Positions 33,467-42,890 of a DNA stretch of 64,000 nucleotides are shown here, piece after piece. The notes beneath the pieces were generated by a model. The model searched no databases. It was not told the DNA's origin and saw only the letters and a program-made list of their open reading frames with translations. The stretch spans positions 4,601 through 68,600 of the forward strand of contig CAZNDO010000016.1 in NCBI GenBank assembly GCA_964571855.1, given 5' to 3'. Made by a program: the position numbers and the translations under genes. Numbering within the stretch: position 1 is the stretch's first letter; each line of letters begins with the position of its first letter. The DNA comes from an uncultured Gemmatimonadota bacterium. GTDB lineage: Bacteria; ARS69.

Positions 33467-34617
33467 TTCCCCTCCCCGGGTGCGGGGAACGCGGCGGCGA
33501 AGCGCCGTCGCGTCTCGTCCATGGTGTCGGCGCCGAAGCGCTCCAGGAACGCCGCGGCGATCTCGAAGCACACCACCGCCTCGGCGATGACGCTCGCGGC
33601 CGGCAGCGCGCAGATGTCGCTGCGCTCGTACGCGGCCTCCTCGGCCTCCTTCGTGCGCAGGTCCACCGAGCGGAGCCGCCTGCCCAGCGTGGAGATCGGC
33701 TTCTTCGCGCCGCGCACGACGAGCGTCTCGCCGTTCGTCATCCCGCCCTCCAGGCCGCCGGCGCGGTTCGAGCCCCGGCGGAAGCCGCGCCGGGGCGTCC
33801 CGGCGAGCGCGGGATCCCAGAAGATCTCGTCGTGCACGGCGGACCCGCGCTGCGTCGCCACGCGGAACGCGTGCCCGATCTCCACGCCCTTCACCGCCTG
33901 GATGCCCAGGACCGCGGCGGCCAGCCGCGCGTCGAGGCGGTCCTCGCGCCGGAAGCACGAGCCCAGCCCGGCCGGCAGCCCCGCCACGCGCACCTCGAAG
34001 ATCCCGCCGACCGTGTCGCCGTCGCGCTTCGCCGCGTCGATGCTCGCCTTCATCGCCGCCTCCGCGCGCGCGTCCGGGCACGCGACCTCGCTCGCGTCGC
34101 GCCGTGCCACGAGATCCGCGAGCGGCAGATCCTCCGGCACGTCCGCGTCCACGCCGCCCAGGTGCACCACGAAGCCGGCCGCCTCGATGCCGAACTCGGC
34201 CAGCAGGCCTTTCGCGAACGCTCCCGCGGCGGTGCGCGCGGCCGTCTCCCGCGCGCTCGCGCGCTCCAGCACCGGGCGGCAGTCGTCCGTGTCCCACTTC
34301 AGCGCGCCGGCGAGATCCGCGTGCCCCGGGCGCGGCCGGTGCAGCGGCGGCGACTCGTCCAGGCGCGCGTCGCGATTCGCGATCCGCAGCGCGAGCGGCG
34401 AGCCGATGGCGCGCCCGCGCAGCACGCCGGTCAGCACTTCCACCCGGTCCGTCTCGATCTTCTGCCGGCCGCCGCGCCCGTAGCCGCCCTGCCGGCGCCG
34501 GAGCATGTCGTCCGCCAGCGCCACGGGCAGCGCGAACCCGGACGGCAGCCCCTCGATCTGCACGATGAGGCACGTGCCATGGCTCTCGCCTGCGGTCGTG
34601 TAGGTCAGCCGGCTCAT
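33463..34617 (-). CDS. aroC: Chorismate synthase.
   Basis: Motifs GESHG at the N-terminus, GGRSSARETA-like SARETAARTA, and GGMTNGE. Confidence 0.9.
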   Translation of the reverse strand: MSRLTYTTAGESHGTCLIVQIEGLPSGFALPVALADDMLRRRQGGYGRGGRQKIETDRVEVLTGVLRGRAIGSPLALRIANRDARLDESPPLHRPRPGHADLAGALKWDTDDCRPVLERASARETAARTAAGAFAKGLLAEFGIEAAGFVVHLGGVDADVPEDLPLADLVARRDASEVACPDARAEAAMKASIDAAKRDGDTVGGIFEVRVAGLPAGLGSCFRREDRLDARLAAAVLGIQAVKGVEIGHAFRVATQRGSAVHDEIFWDPALAGTPRRGFRRGSNRAGGLEGGMTNGETLVVRGAKKPISTLGRRLRSVDLRTKEAEEAAYERSDICALPAASVIAEAVVCFEIAAAFLERFGADTMDETRRRFAAAFPAPGEGK

Positions 34618-35246
34618 GCGGCGCCGTCCCGCGCGCGCACCGCCGCCACGAAGGCGCGGATTCGCTCCGGATCCTTCGCGCCGGGCGACTCCTCCACGCC
34701 GGTCGAAACGTCCACGCCCCAGGGCGACGCCTCGACCAGCGCCCGGTCCACGTTGTCCGGCGTGAGGCCCCCGGCCAGGATCAACCGGCCGAGCCTCCCG
34801 GCACGTGCGGCGAGTCGCCAATCGAACGTTCGTCCGGTCCCGCCGGGCGCGTCGGGCGAATAGGCGTCGAGCAGGAAGGTGTCGACCCCGGCATCCCGGA
34901 TCGTGTCCAGGACGTCCTCGTCCCGCGCCCGGAACGCGCGCAGGACCTTGGGGCCGAAGAGGTCCCCGAGCAGGGGGTCGGGTGGCGAGTGCACCTGCAC
35001 GCGGTCCACCTCGGAGCCGGCCACCGCCCGCGCGATCTCGGCGGGCGACTCGTCCACGAACACGCCGACGCGCAGGACGTGCGGCGGCAGGGTCCGGCCG
35101 ATGCGACGGGCATCCTCCGGCGTCACGCGGCGCGGGCTGGGCGTGAGGATGAACCCCACGGCGTCCGCGCCCGCGTCGGCCGCGGCGCGCGCGTCGGCGA
35201 GGCGGGTGATCCCGCAGATCTTGATCCAACGTCGCGGCTGGGTCAT
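34614..35246 (-). CDS. trpF: Phosphoribosylanthranilate isomerase.
   Basis: Start IKICGITR. TIM-barrel motifs. The stop overlaps the aroC start. Confidence 0.85.
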   Translation of the reverse strand: MTQPRRWIKICGITRLADARAAADAGADAVGFILTPSPRRVTPEDARRIGRTLPPHVLRVGVFVDESPAEIARAVAGSEVDRVQVHSPPDPLLGDLFGPKVLRAFRARDEDVLDTIRDAGVDTFLLDAYSPDAPGGTGRTFDWRLAARAGRLGRLILAGGLTPDNVDRALVEASPWGVDVSTGVEESPGAKDPERIRAFVAAVRARDGAA

Positions 35247-35402
35247 GCGGCCCCCGGGGGCAGGGCGGGAGCCTAGAGGGGGTGCCGGACGGTGTCAAAC
35301 CGCCGCGCGACGCCCGCGGCAACGCCGGGCCGGCGCGGATCTTAACCCTGCATCGGGAATTGCCGATGGCCGAGGCAGCGCGGAAACCACCCGGAACCCG
35401 GG

Positions 35403-37325
35403 ATGCCCATGACGTTGCGGTCAGCACGGATCCTGCTCGTCGAACCGGACCACGAGGCCCGGCTCGTCCTGGACCGCTTCCTGGAGCGCGCCGGGCACGA
35501 GGTGGCGAGCGTCGAGGACGTGGACGACGCGCGCCGCCTGCTCGAGGACGGGCTGCTTCCCGACGTGATCGTGACCGGCGGGGCCCGCGGCGAAGGGCTT
35601 CGCGAGCTGGCGCCGGGAGCCGCGCACCTGCCGATCCCGACGTCCGCCGCGGTGGACGGCGCCGGCGGCGGGCCGGACGCCGCGCCGACCCGCGATGCCG
35701 ACGAGCTGGCCCGGCGCGTCGAGGAGATCCTGCTCGATGCCCGCCCGGCGCCGACGCCGGATCCCGCGAGCGCCTGCCTGGACCTCGTCCGCCGCCTGGC
35801 CAGCGTCCTGCCGAGCCTGCGCTCCACCGAGGCGCGCTGCGATGTCGTGACGGAAGCCTTCGACGCGTACTTCGGCGTGCGCGGATCGCTCGTGGTCCGG
35901 CGCGACGCCAGGAGCGGCCACTGGGTGGAGGCGGCGCAGGGCCTGGACGCCGGCCTCGCGCAGGCGGCGTCGGCGGAGCTGGCCCGGCGTACGCGCGGGC
36001 GCGGCCTGCGCCCGTTCCTCACGCGAGTCGCGCACGACGGTGCGCTCCACGAACTGGCCGGCTTCGCCGTGCAGTCCGGCGCCGAGGAGACCGACCTGGC
36101 GCTGGTGCTGCGCGATCCCCCGCCGCCGGGCGCGCTGCGCGAGACGTTCGTGAGCCTGGTCGGCAGCGCCCTGCGCGCCGCGATGGCGAGTGACGAGCTG
36201 GATCGCACGCGCGCGCTGCTGGAGGCGCGCACGCGCAGCCTGCGCAGCCTGCACGAGATGTCGCACGCGTTCACGCGCGTGGGCTCGCGAGGCCTGCTCG
36301 GGCGGGAGATCCTGCGCGCGACGCACCGGGAGCTGCAGATGCCGCGCTCCGCGCTGTTCCTGCGTCGTGATGCGAACGACTCCATGCTCTCCGCGCTCGC
36401 GATGGAAGGACTGCCGGCGCAGGCGCTGGAACGCATCGGGCTCAACGCGCAGCACGGAGTGGGCGCGTACTGCTTCCAGCAGGCGGGTGTCACGCGTCTC
36501 ACCGCGATCCCGCCCGACGGGGTGGCGCTGCGCGAGCTGCAGCGCCTGGGCGATGCCGGATTGCAGTGGGCGATGCCGCTCCGCTCGGAGGGCACGGGCC
36601 TCGGGCTCCTGTTCTTCGGGAACCGGGAGGACGCGGCCGACCTGGACATCCGCGAGTCGCAGGCGCTCGAGTCCCTCGCCGAGGCGGCATCGAGCTCGCT
36701 GCGGTGCCTGCAGCGCGACGAGAGCCTGCGCGACGTGGCCCTCGCCTCCACCCTCGGCCTCGTGGCCGCGCTCGAGCTGCGGCACCCCGCGGACCGCGGC
36801 CACGCCCTGCGGGTCGCGCGCGGCGCGGTGCTCGTCGGACGCGCCCTCGGCCTCGGCGCCCGGGAGCTGCGGGATCTGGCGCTCGCCGGCCTCCTGCACG
36901 ACGTGGGCAAGCTGGCCGTTCCCGGGGACCCCCGTCGCGGCCCGGAGGCGGATCCGCGCCGGCTCCGCATGCACCCGCTGCTCGGCTCGCGGATCCTGTC
37001 GCGATGCCGGCCCTCGCCGGGGGTCCTGCAGGGCGTGGAGCAGCACCACGAGCGTATCGACGGCCACGGCTTCCCTTACGGGCTGCGTGGCGACAGCATC
37101 CACGTCTTCGGGCGGATCCTGGCCGTCGCGGACTGCTGGGACCGGTGGCGCGCGTCGGACGGGGGGACCGACCCCGAACGCTCGCTGGCGCGCCTGGAAG
37201 CCGGCGCCGGCCTGTTGTTCGATCCCGCGGTCGTGACGGTCTTCTGCGCCGAGGTCGTCCGCGGCGCCTCCACCGAGGCCGCCGGCGGCGAGGAGTGGTT
37301 CGAGGAGGTCCTGACGGCCCCCTGA
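35403..37325 (+). CDS. Multidomain signalling protein: degenerate receiver domain, GAF region, and HD-GYP-type phosphodiesterase.
   Basis: N-terminal CheY-like fold with Thr in place of the phospho-acceptor Asp (PDVIVTGG). C-terminal HD domain motifs LLHDVGKLAVP and HHERIDGHGFPYGL (GFP variant of GYP). Confidence 0.75.
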   Translation: MPMTLRSARILLVEPDHEARLVLDRFLERAGHEVASVEDVDDARRLLEDGLLPDVIVTGGARGEGLRELAPGAAHLPIPTSAAVDGAGGGPDAAPTRDADELARRVEEILLDARPAPTPDPASACLDLVRRLASVLPSLRSTEARCDVVTEAFDAYFGVRGSLVVRRDARSGHWVEAAQGLDAGLAQAASAELARRTRGRGLRPFLTRVAHDGALHELAGFAVQSGAEETDLALVLRDPPPPGALRETFVSLVGSALRAAMASDELDRTRALLEARTRSLRSLHEMSHAFTRVGSRGLLGREILRATHRELQMPRSALFLRRDANDSMLSALAMEGLPAQALERIGLNAQHGVGAYCFQQAGVTRLTAIPPDGVALRELQRLGDAGLQWAMPLRSEGTGLGLLFFGNREDAADLDIRESQALESLAEAASSSLRCLQRDESLRDVALASTLGLVAALELRHPADRGHALRVARGAVLVGRALGLGARELRDLALAGLLHDVGKLAVPGDPRRGPEADPRRLRMHPLLGSRILSRCRPSPGVLQGVEQHHERIDGHGFPYGLRGDSIHVFGRILAVADCWDRWRASDGGTDPERSLARLEAGAGLLFDPAVVTVFCAEVVRGASTEAAGGEEWFEEVLTAP

Positions 37326-37479
37326 CCGCGGTCCGGCCTCCCCGGCGCGGATCGGACCGGACCGGCCGCCGACCCCGCGGAGGGGTTCCAGGCCCCACCT
37401 TCAGGCCGGTCGCCGCCCGTCCGATAGAACCATCGGAGCTCCCGCGGGCAACCGCATCGTCCCTCCTGCCGGACCGGTC

Positions 37480-38799
37480 ATGGCTCGCATCCTCGTCGTC
37501 GACGATGTTCGATTCATCTCGCAGATGATCGCCGGCGTCTTCGAACGCATCGGCCACGCCGTGGACACCGCCGCCGACGGCGAGGAGGCCCTCAAGAAGG
37601 CCCTCGCCATGATCCCCGACCTGATCGTGATGGACGTGGCGATGCCGAAGCTCGATGGCCTCGAGGTGACCCGTCGCCTCCGCGCCAACGACCGGTGCCG
37701 GGACATCCCGGTCCTCCTGGTCACGTCCCGGGCCGATGCCGGCACGCTGACCGCGGCGGCGCAGGCCGGGGTGGACGATCACCTTGCGAAGCCCTTCGAG
37801 GCTACCGCGCTGCTCGCCAAGTCCACCCGGTTGCTGGGCGGCTATCCGATCACGTTCGATCTCGAGCTGCACGGCGAGGTTGCCGTCGTGACCGCGCTGC
37901 CGGAGGAAATCGGGGCATCCGCGGTGGACCAGATCCGGCCCGCGCTCGAGCACGCGCGCTCCGCGTCCTTCGGCTGCGTGCTGCTGGACCTCACGCGTGT
38001 CGAGCGCGTGGACTCGCAGGTGGCCGACGCCATCCTGAGCTTCGAGGAGGAGTTCCGGATGGAGGGCGGATCGCTCGACCTCGTGAAGCCGAAGGCGGGA
38101 CTGGGCGTTCGGCAGTTCCTCGGTCTGGTGACGCCGCGCCTGCGGATCCACGACGACGTGGCCACCGCGCGCAAGGCGCTGGGGCTCCCGGAGCACGGGG
38201 TCGGGCAGTCGATCCCGCCGCCGCGTCGCCCCGTGAGCCGCCCCGCGGCGCCCGCGCCGGCGCCGCAGGCCGCCGGAGGCGGAAGCGGCGCGGCGGCGCC
38301 GGTGACGGTCGCCGCCGCGCCACCCCGTCCGGCCGCCACGGCCGCCGCCGCGAAAGCCCCGGCTCCGGCTCCGCCCCCGGCCGCAGCTCCGGCGACCGTT
38401 CCCGCCACCGCCCCGCCGGCGGCCGAGGCCGCGCGCCGCGCACCCGCGCGCCCGGGGGAGGCCCCGCACGCGGCCGTGACGCGGACCGGGGCGGCCCGCG
38501 GCGTCGTCGTCGAGTCCCATCCGCAGGCCACGATCTTCCGGATCTCGCGGACGAGCCTGGACGACGAGGTGCTCACACTGCTCCACGAGGAGGCGGTTCG
38601 CGCGCCGCGCGCGATGCTGCTCGAGCTGACCGCGATGGACGCCATGGACGCCGACCACGCGCGCGCGGTGGGCGACGTGGCGGCCGAACTGGCCGCCGCC
38701 GGTGGCTCCCTGCGCGTGGTGAACCCGCGCCCCGGCGTGGAGGCGGCGCTTGCCGCGGCCGGCTTCGCCTCGATCGTGCTGCGGACGCGCCGCGGCTAG
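37480..38799 (+). CDS. Response regulator receiver fused to STAS (anti-sigma-factor-antagonist-like) domains via an Ala/Pro-rich linker.
   Basis: Canonical receiver (VVDDVRF..DLIVMDVAMPKLDG..K). Two STAS-like segments flank a linker APAPAPQAAGGG...PAPAPPPAAAP. Confidence 0.7.
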   Translation: MARILVVDDVRFISQMIAGVFERIGHAVDTAADGEEALKKALAMIPDLIVMDVAMPKLDGLEVTRRLRANDRCRDIPVLLVTSRADAGTLTAAAQAGVDDHLAKPFEATALLAKSTRLLGGYPITFDLELHGEVAVVTALPEEIGASAVDQIRPALEHARSASFGCVLLDLTRVERVDSQVADAILSFEEEFRMEGGSLDLVKPKAGLGVRQFLGLVTPRLRIHDDVATARKALGLPEHGVGQSIPPPRRPVSRPAAPAPAPQAAGGGSGAAAPVTVAAAPPRPAATAAAAKAPAPAPPPAAAPATVPATAPPAAEAARRAPARPGEAPHAAVTRTGAARGVVVESHPQATIFRISRTSLDDEVLTLLHEEAVRAPRAMLLELTAMDAMDADHARAVGDVAAELAAAGGSLRVVNPRPGVEAALAAAGFASIVLRTRRG

Positions 38800-38809
38800 C
38801 GTCGCCTCC

Positions 38810-40864
38810 CTAGAACAGCTTCTTCTTGATCTTCACGCCCTGGATCACGTCCTCGATGCGCAGCGCATCCACCACGTCCATGCCGTCGGTGACCTTCCCG
38901 AAGATCGTGTAGCGGCCGTCGAGGTGCCGCTGCGGGGAGTGGGTCACGAAGAACTGGCAGCCGCCGGTGTCCTTGCCCGCGTGCGCCATCCCGACCATCC
39001 CGCGCTCGAAGGCGAGCGGGCTGACCTCGCACCGGATGGAGTAGCCGGGGTTGCCCCAGCCGTTGCCGATCGGGCACCCGCCCTGTGCGACGAAGTTCGG
39101 GACGACGCGGTGGAACGTGAGCCCGTCGTAGAAGCCGCTCTCGGCGAGCTTCACGAAGTTCTGCACCGTGTACGGGGCCTCCCGGTGCAGCAGCTCGATC
39201 TCGAACGACCCGCGACTCGTGGTGACGGTGGCGCTGTAGCGGCCGGGGCGCGACTTGACGAAGTCCTCGTCCAGGGGCACGGCGGCGCCGGGTAGCGGAC
39301 CGCGCGGCGCGATCTCCGGGCGTGGCTCCCCGAGCTTCTCCAGGGACTTCGCCGCCTCCTCGCGCACATACCAGTCGGCGTCCTTCGCCAGCTCGCGCAG
39401 CGTCGCCTTGGACTGGTCGCCGGGTAAGTTCCCGAGCGCCTCCGCCACGGCCATCCGGAGGTCCGGCTGCTTCTTCGCCTCCGGGTCGTTCTTCAGGATG
39501 CCCGCCAGGATGGTCGGCGTCTCGCGGAGATGCTGCTCCTTCGCCTCCGGCTCCGACGGGTTCATCTCGCCCAGCGCGTGCACCGCGGCCGCGGTCAGGG
39601 CCCAGTGCGTGGACGAGAGGGACACCAGCAGGTTCGGTCGCGGCCACGGATTCGCGGCGTCCCACGCCCCCAACTGGTACGCGGCGTCCACGCGCTCCGA
39701 GATCGGGGCATCCGGGTTGACCAGCCGCCCGTTCATGTAGAACGACACGCCGCCGCGCCACGTGCCGAGCGGGAGACCGTCCGGCATGCGTCGGGACGCT
39801 TCCGAGAACGACTCGTACGCGCGGCGCACCACGTAGGGGCTCTTGTCGCCGCAGGCCAGGAAGTGCTCCTGCACCGACGCGGCGCGGTCCTCCTGGCCCA
39901 CCCCGAACATCGCCAGCACGCCCCCGCGGACCTCCGGCTCGGTGTCCTTGAGGAGGGCGAACGCGAGGTCGTCGCGCTTGTAGTGGTACGGGATGTTCTC
40001 CAGCGCCGCGGCGACCGCCGCGCGCACGTGGACGTTCGCGTCCTTCCCGAGGACGCCGAGCCCCGGGATCGCGTCCAGGGACTTGGTCCGGCCCAGGGCC
40101 GCGGCCACGTTCGCCCGGACGCGCCAGTCCGGATCGGCGAGCAGCTTCTCGAGCGCGGCGATCGCGCCCGCATCCTCGATGTCGCCCACGGCCTTGCTGG
40201 CGGCGAGCCGCACGTCCGGCGAGGCGTCCGCGAGGAGCGCGCGGACCGGCTCCGCGAGGTCGCGCGCCTTCAGCCGTCCGGCCGCCCACGCGGCGCTCGC
40301 GCGCACCGCCGGATCCGGGTCCGCAAGCAGCGGACGCAGGTTCACCGCGGCGACGCTGTCCGCCGTGGCGGCGAGCGCCACCGCGGCCTCCGCCCGCAGC
40401 GCCGGCTCCGGGTCCGCGAGGAACGGCAGCACGGCCTCCGCCGCGCCCTCGCCGCGCAGGCGACCGAGCGTCCGGATCGCCTCCGCCCGCAGCGGAACGG
40501 GGGCGTTCGATCCCGCGATGCGGCGCACGCCGTCGCGGGCGGCGGCATCGCCGAGCAGGCCGAGCGCGAAGGCCGCCTCGCGCCGCACCTCGCCGTCCCC
40601 GTCCTCCAGCGCGGCGAGCAGCGCCGGAACGCCCTCGGCGTAGCCGATCCGGCCCATGGCGCGCGCCGCGGCGGCGCGGATCCCGGCATCGCGGTCCTTC
40701 AGCAGGGTGGCGAGCCGGCCGTCGCCGAGCGAGCGGCGGTCCTCCAGCTCGTGGATGCCCCGGAGCGTGCCCGCGTCCGCGGCGTGGGCCCGGCCCCCGG
40801 GCGCGGACAGGATCAGGGCGGCGGCGAGCACGACGGGCACGAGAGGACGGCGAGCGGCGATCAT
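38810..40864 (-). CDS. Secreted HEAT/PBS-lyase repeat protein fused to a C-terminal cyclophilin-type peptidyl-prolyl isomerase.
   Basis: Signal peptide. About 12 HEAT-like repeats (VRREAAFALGLLGD, VRASAAWAAGRLK, VRLAASKAVGDI...). Cyclophilin motifs FHRVVPNFVAQGG and GMVGMAHAGKDTGGCQFFVT. Confidence 0.75.
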   Translation of the reverse strand: MIAARRPLVPVVLAAALILSAPGGRAHAADAGTLRGIHELEDRRSLGDGRLATLLKDRDAGIRAAAARAMGRIGYAEGVPALLAALEDGDGEVRREAAFALGLLGDAAARDGVRRIAGSNAPVPLRAEAIRTLGRLRGEGAAEAVLPFLADPEPALRAEAAVALAATADSVAAVNLRPLLADPDPAVRASAAWAAGRLKARDLAEPVRALLADASPDVRLAASKAVGDIEDAGAIAALEKLLADPDWRVRANVAAALGRTKSLDAIPGLGVLGKDANVHVRAAVAAALENIPYHYKRDDLAFALLKDTEPEVRGGVLAMFGVGQEDRAASVQEHFLACGDKSPYVVRRAYESFSEASRRMPDGLPLGTWRGGVSFYMNGRLVNPDAPISERVDAAYQLGAWDAANPWPRPNLLVSLSSTHWALTAAAVHALGEMNPSEPEAKEQHLRETPTILAGILKNDPEAKKQPDLRMAVAEALGNLPGDQSKATLRELAKDADWYVREEAAKSLEKLGEPRPEIAPRGPLPGAAVPLDEDFVKSRPGRYSATVTTSRGSFEIELLHREAPYTVQNFVKLAESGFYDGLTFHRVVPNFVAQGGCPIGNGWGNPGYSIRCEVSPLAFERGMVGMAHAGKDTGGCQFFVTHSPQRHLDGRYTIFGKVTDGMDVVDALRIEDVIQGVKIKKKLF

Positions 40865-40913
40865 CGGATCTTCTCCCTCGGGTACGGAGCGGGGTTCCTG
40901 GATGCGACGGAGA

Positions 40914-41549
40914 CTACATCGACCCCGTCGACTCGGGCGCCTTCTCGGCGAGGAGCGGCGCGATGTCCTTCTCGAACACCTCGCGCGGCTGCAGGCCGAC
41001 GTAGCGCTTGCGGACGCGTCCGGCGCGATCCACGAGGAACGCCGTCGGGATGCTCCGGATCCCGCCGTACGCGTTCACGACGCCGGCGTCGCCCATGACC
41101 AGCTTGTACGCGATGGGCTGCTTGCGCGTGAAGTCGCGCACGGTCTCGAGCCCGCTGCGACCGCCCGCGTCCCGGTCCACGGAGATGCCCACGATCTCCA
41201 GGCCGGCGTCCTTGTGGGCCGCGTACATCTCGTTGAGGTGTGGGATCCCGGCGCGGCACGGACCGCACCACGTGGCCCAGAAGTCCAGGAGGACCACTTT
41301 GCCCTTCAGGTCCTCGAGCGAGAGGGAGCCGCCGGTCACGGACGACAGCGTGAACGGAGGCGCGTCCGGATACGTGACCGGGGCCGGCGGCGTTCCCGCG
41401 GCCGGTGCGCCGGCGGCCGGCGCGCGCACGGCGTCGCGCGAGCCCTCCGGCTGGGCGGCGTCGGCCCCCGGCTCGCCGGAGCAGGCGGCGAGGGCGGCGA
41501 GCCCGGCGAGGAGGACGGGCAGCGAGGAACCGCGGCGGCGATGCGTCAT
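40914..41549 (-). CDS. TlpA/ResA-like thiol-disulfide oxidoreductase lipoprotein.
   Basis: Lipobox LAALAACS. Thioredoxin motif WATWCGPC. The ATG overlaps the iscS stop (ATGA). Confidence 0.75.
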   Translation of the reverse strand: MTHRRRGSSLPVLLAGLAALAACSGEPGADAAQPEGSRDAVRAPAAGAPAAGTPPAPVTYPDAPPFTLSSVTGGSLSLEDLKGKVVLLDFWATWCGPCRAGIPHLNEMYAAHKDAGLEIVGISVDRDAGGRSGLETVRDFTRKQPIAYKLVMGDAGVVNAYGGIRSIPTAFLVDRAGRVRKRYVGLQPREVFEKDIAPLLAEKAPESTGSM

Positions 41550-42724
41550 GGACGACTCCCGGGAAAGGCCTCGCCGCGCTCGCGGGCGGGGCCGGTCGAG
41601 GTGGCTCGGGCGAGGACGCGCTCCAGCGCCGCGAGTACGTACCGGATTTCGGCTTCCGTGGTCGTGCGACCGAGCGAGAACCGGATGGATCCGGCGGCCT
41701 GGGGACGGGATCGTCCCATGGCCAGCAGGACGTGGGAAGGCTCCGTCGCGCCCGCGTTGCAGGCGGCGCCGGTGGACACCGCCACGCCCTCGAGATCCAG
41801 GGCGACGAGCAGCGTCTCCCCGTCCACGCCGGCGAAGGAGACGTTGCTGGTGTTCGGCAGCCGCGCCGCCTCCGCGCCGTTGGCCCGGCTTCCGGGAGCC
41901 GCGGACAGGACGCCGCGTTCCAGGCGGTCCCGCAGTTCCGCCAGCCGGGTCGTCTCCGCGGGCAGCTCCGCCACGGCCTCCTCGGCCGCCTGGGCAAACC
42001 CCACCATCCCGGGAAGGTTCTCCGTGCCCGGGCGCAGCCGGCGTTCCTGGCCGCCGCCGGTCACCTGGGCCGCCAGGGCCTGCCCGCGTCGGACCAGGAG
42101 CGCCCCGATCCCCTTCGGGCCGCCGATCTTGTGCGCCGAGACGGAGACGTAGTCCACGGGCAGATCCGCGAAGCGGAACGGGAGCTTGCCGAAGTACTGC
42201 ACGGCGTCCACGTGGAAGGGCACGCCCGCGGCGCGGCACGCCTCGCCGATCCGCCGGATCGGGTTCAGGACCCCCGTCTCGTTGTTCGCGGCCATGATCG
42301 AGACCAGGGCCGTGTCCGGACGGATCGCGGCCTGCACGGCGGCGGGGTCCACGACGCCGTCCGCACCCACGCCGACCACGGTCGCGTGAGCGGTCCCGGC
42401 GGCCTCCAGCGCGTGCACGGTGTGGAGCACCGCCTCGTGCTCCGTGGCCGCGGTGACCACGTGGCGCCGCTCGCCGGCCAGGGAACCCCTCAGGACCAGG
42501 TTGTCCGCTTCCGTGCCGCCCGACGTGAACACCACCTCCTCCGGCGCGCAGCCGGCCGCGTCCGCCAGCCGCCGCCGGGACTCCTCGCGGAGCCGGGCCG
42601 CGGCCCGACCGTAACCGTGCAGGCTGGAGGGGTTTCCGGGGTCGCCGGCGAGAGACGCGCCCATGGCGGCGGCCGCCCCGGGGCGCACGGGGGTCGTGGC
42701 GTTGTGGTCCAGGTAGACGCGCAT
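41546..42724 (-). CDS. iscS: Cysteine desulfurase (IscS/NifS class V aminotransferase).
   Basis: Motifs YLDHNATTP and the PLP lysine SVSAHKIGGPKG. Active-site loop STGAACNAG. Confidence 0.85.
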   Translation of the reverse strand: MRVYLDHNATTPVRPGAAAAMGASLAGDPGNPSSLHGYGRAAARLREESRRRLADAAGCAPEEVVFTSGGTEADNLVLRGSLAGERRHVVTAATEHEAVLHTVHALEAAGTAHATVVGVGADGVVDPAAVQAAIRPDTALVSIMAANNETGVLNPIRRIGEACRAAGVPFHVDAVQYFGKLPFRFADLPVDYVSVSAHKIGGPKGIGALLVRRGQALAAQVTGGGQERRLRPGTENLPGMVGFAQAAEEAVAELPAETTRLAELRDRLERGVLSAAPGSRANGAEAARLPNTSNVSFAGVDGETLLVALDLEGVAVSTGAACNAGATEPSHVLLAMGRSRPQAAGSIRFSLGRTTTEAEIRYVLAALERVLARATSTGPARERGEAFPGSRP

Positions 42725-42890
42725 GGGAGGAAGGGTGCCATGGCGGGCGCGGCCGGGTCCACCGGCGGCCGGATCCGCGGGGAGCGGCCGGTCTCTTTTT
42801 TGCACCGGCCGGGGTCTTTTCGTCACCGCCCCGGATACGGTAGGATTCTTTTGGGAGAACCGCGCCGAGAAGACACCGAGGGCCCCTGTC

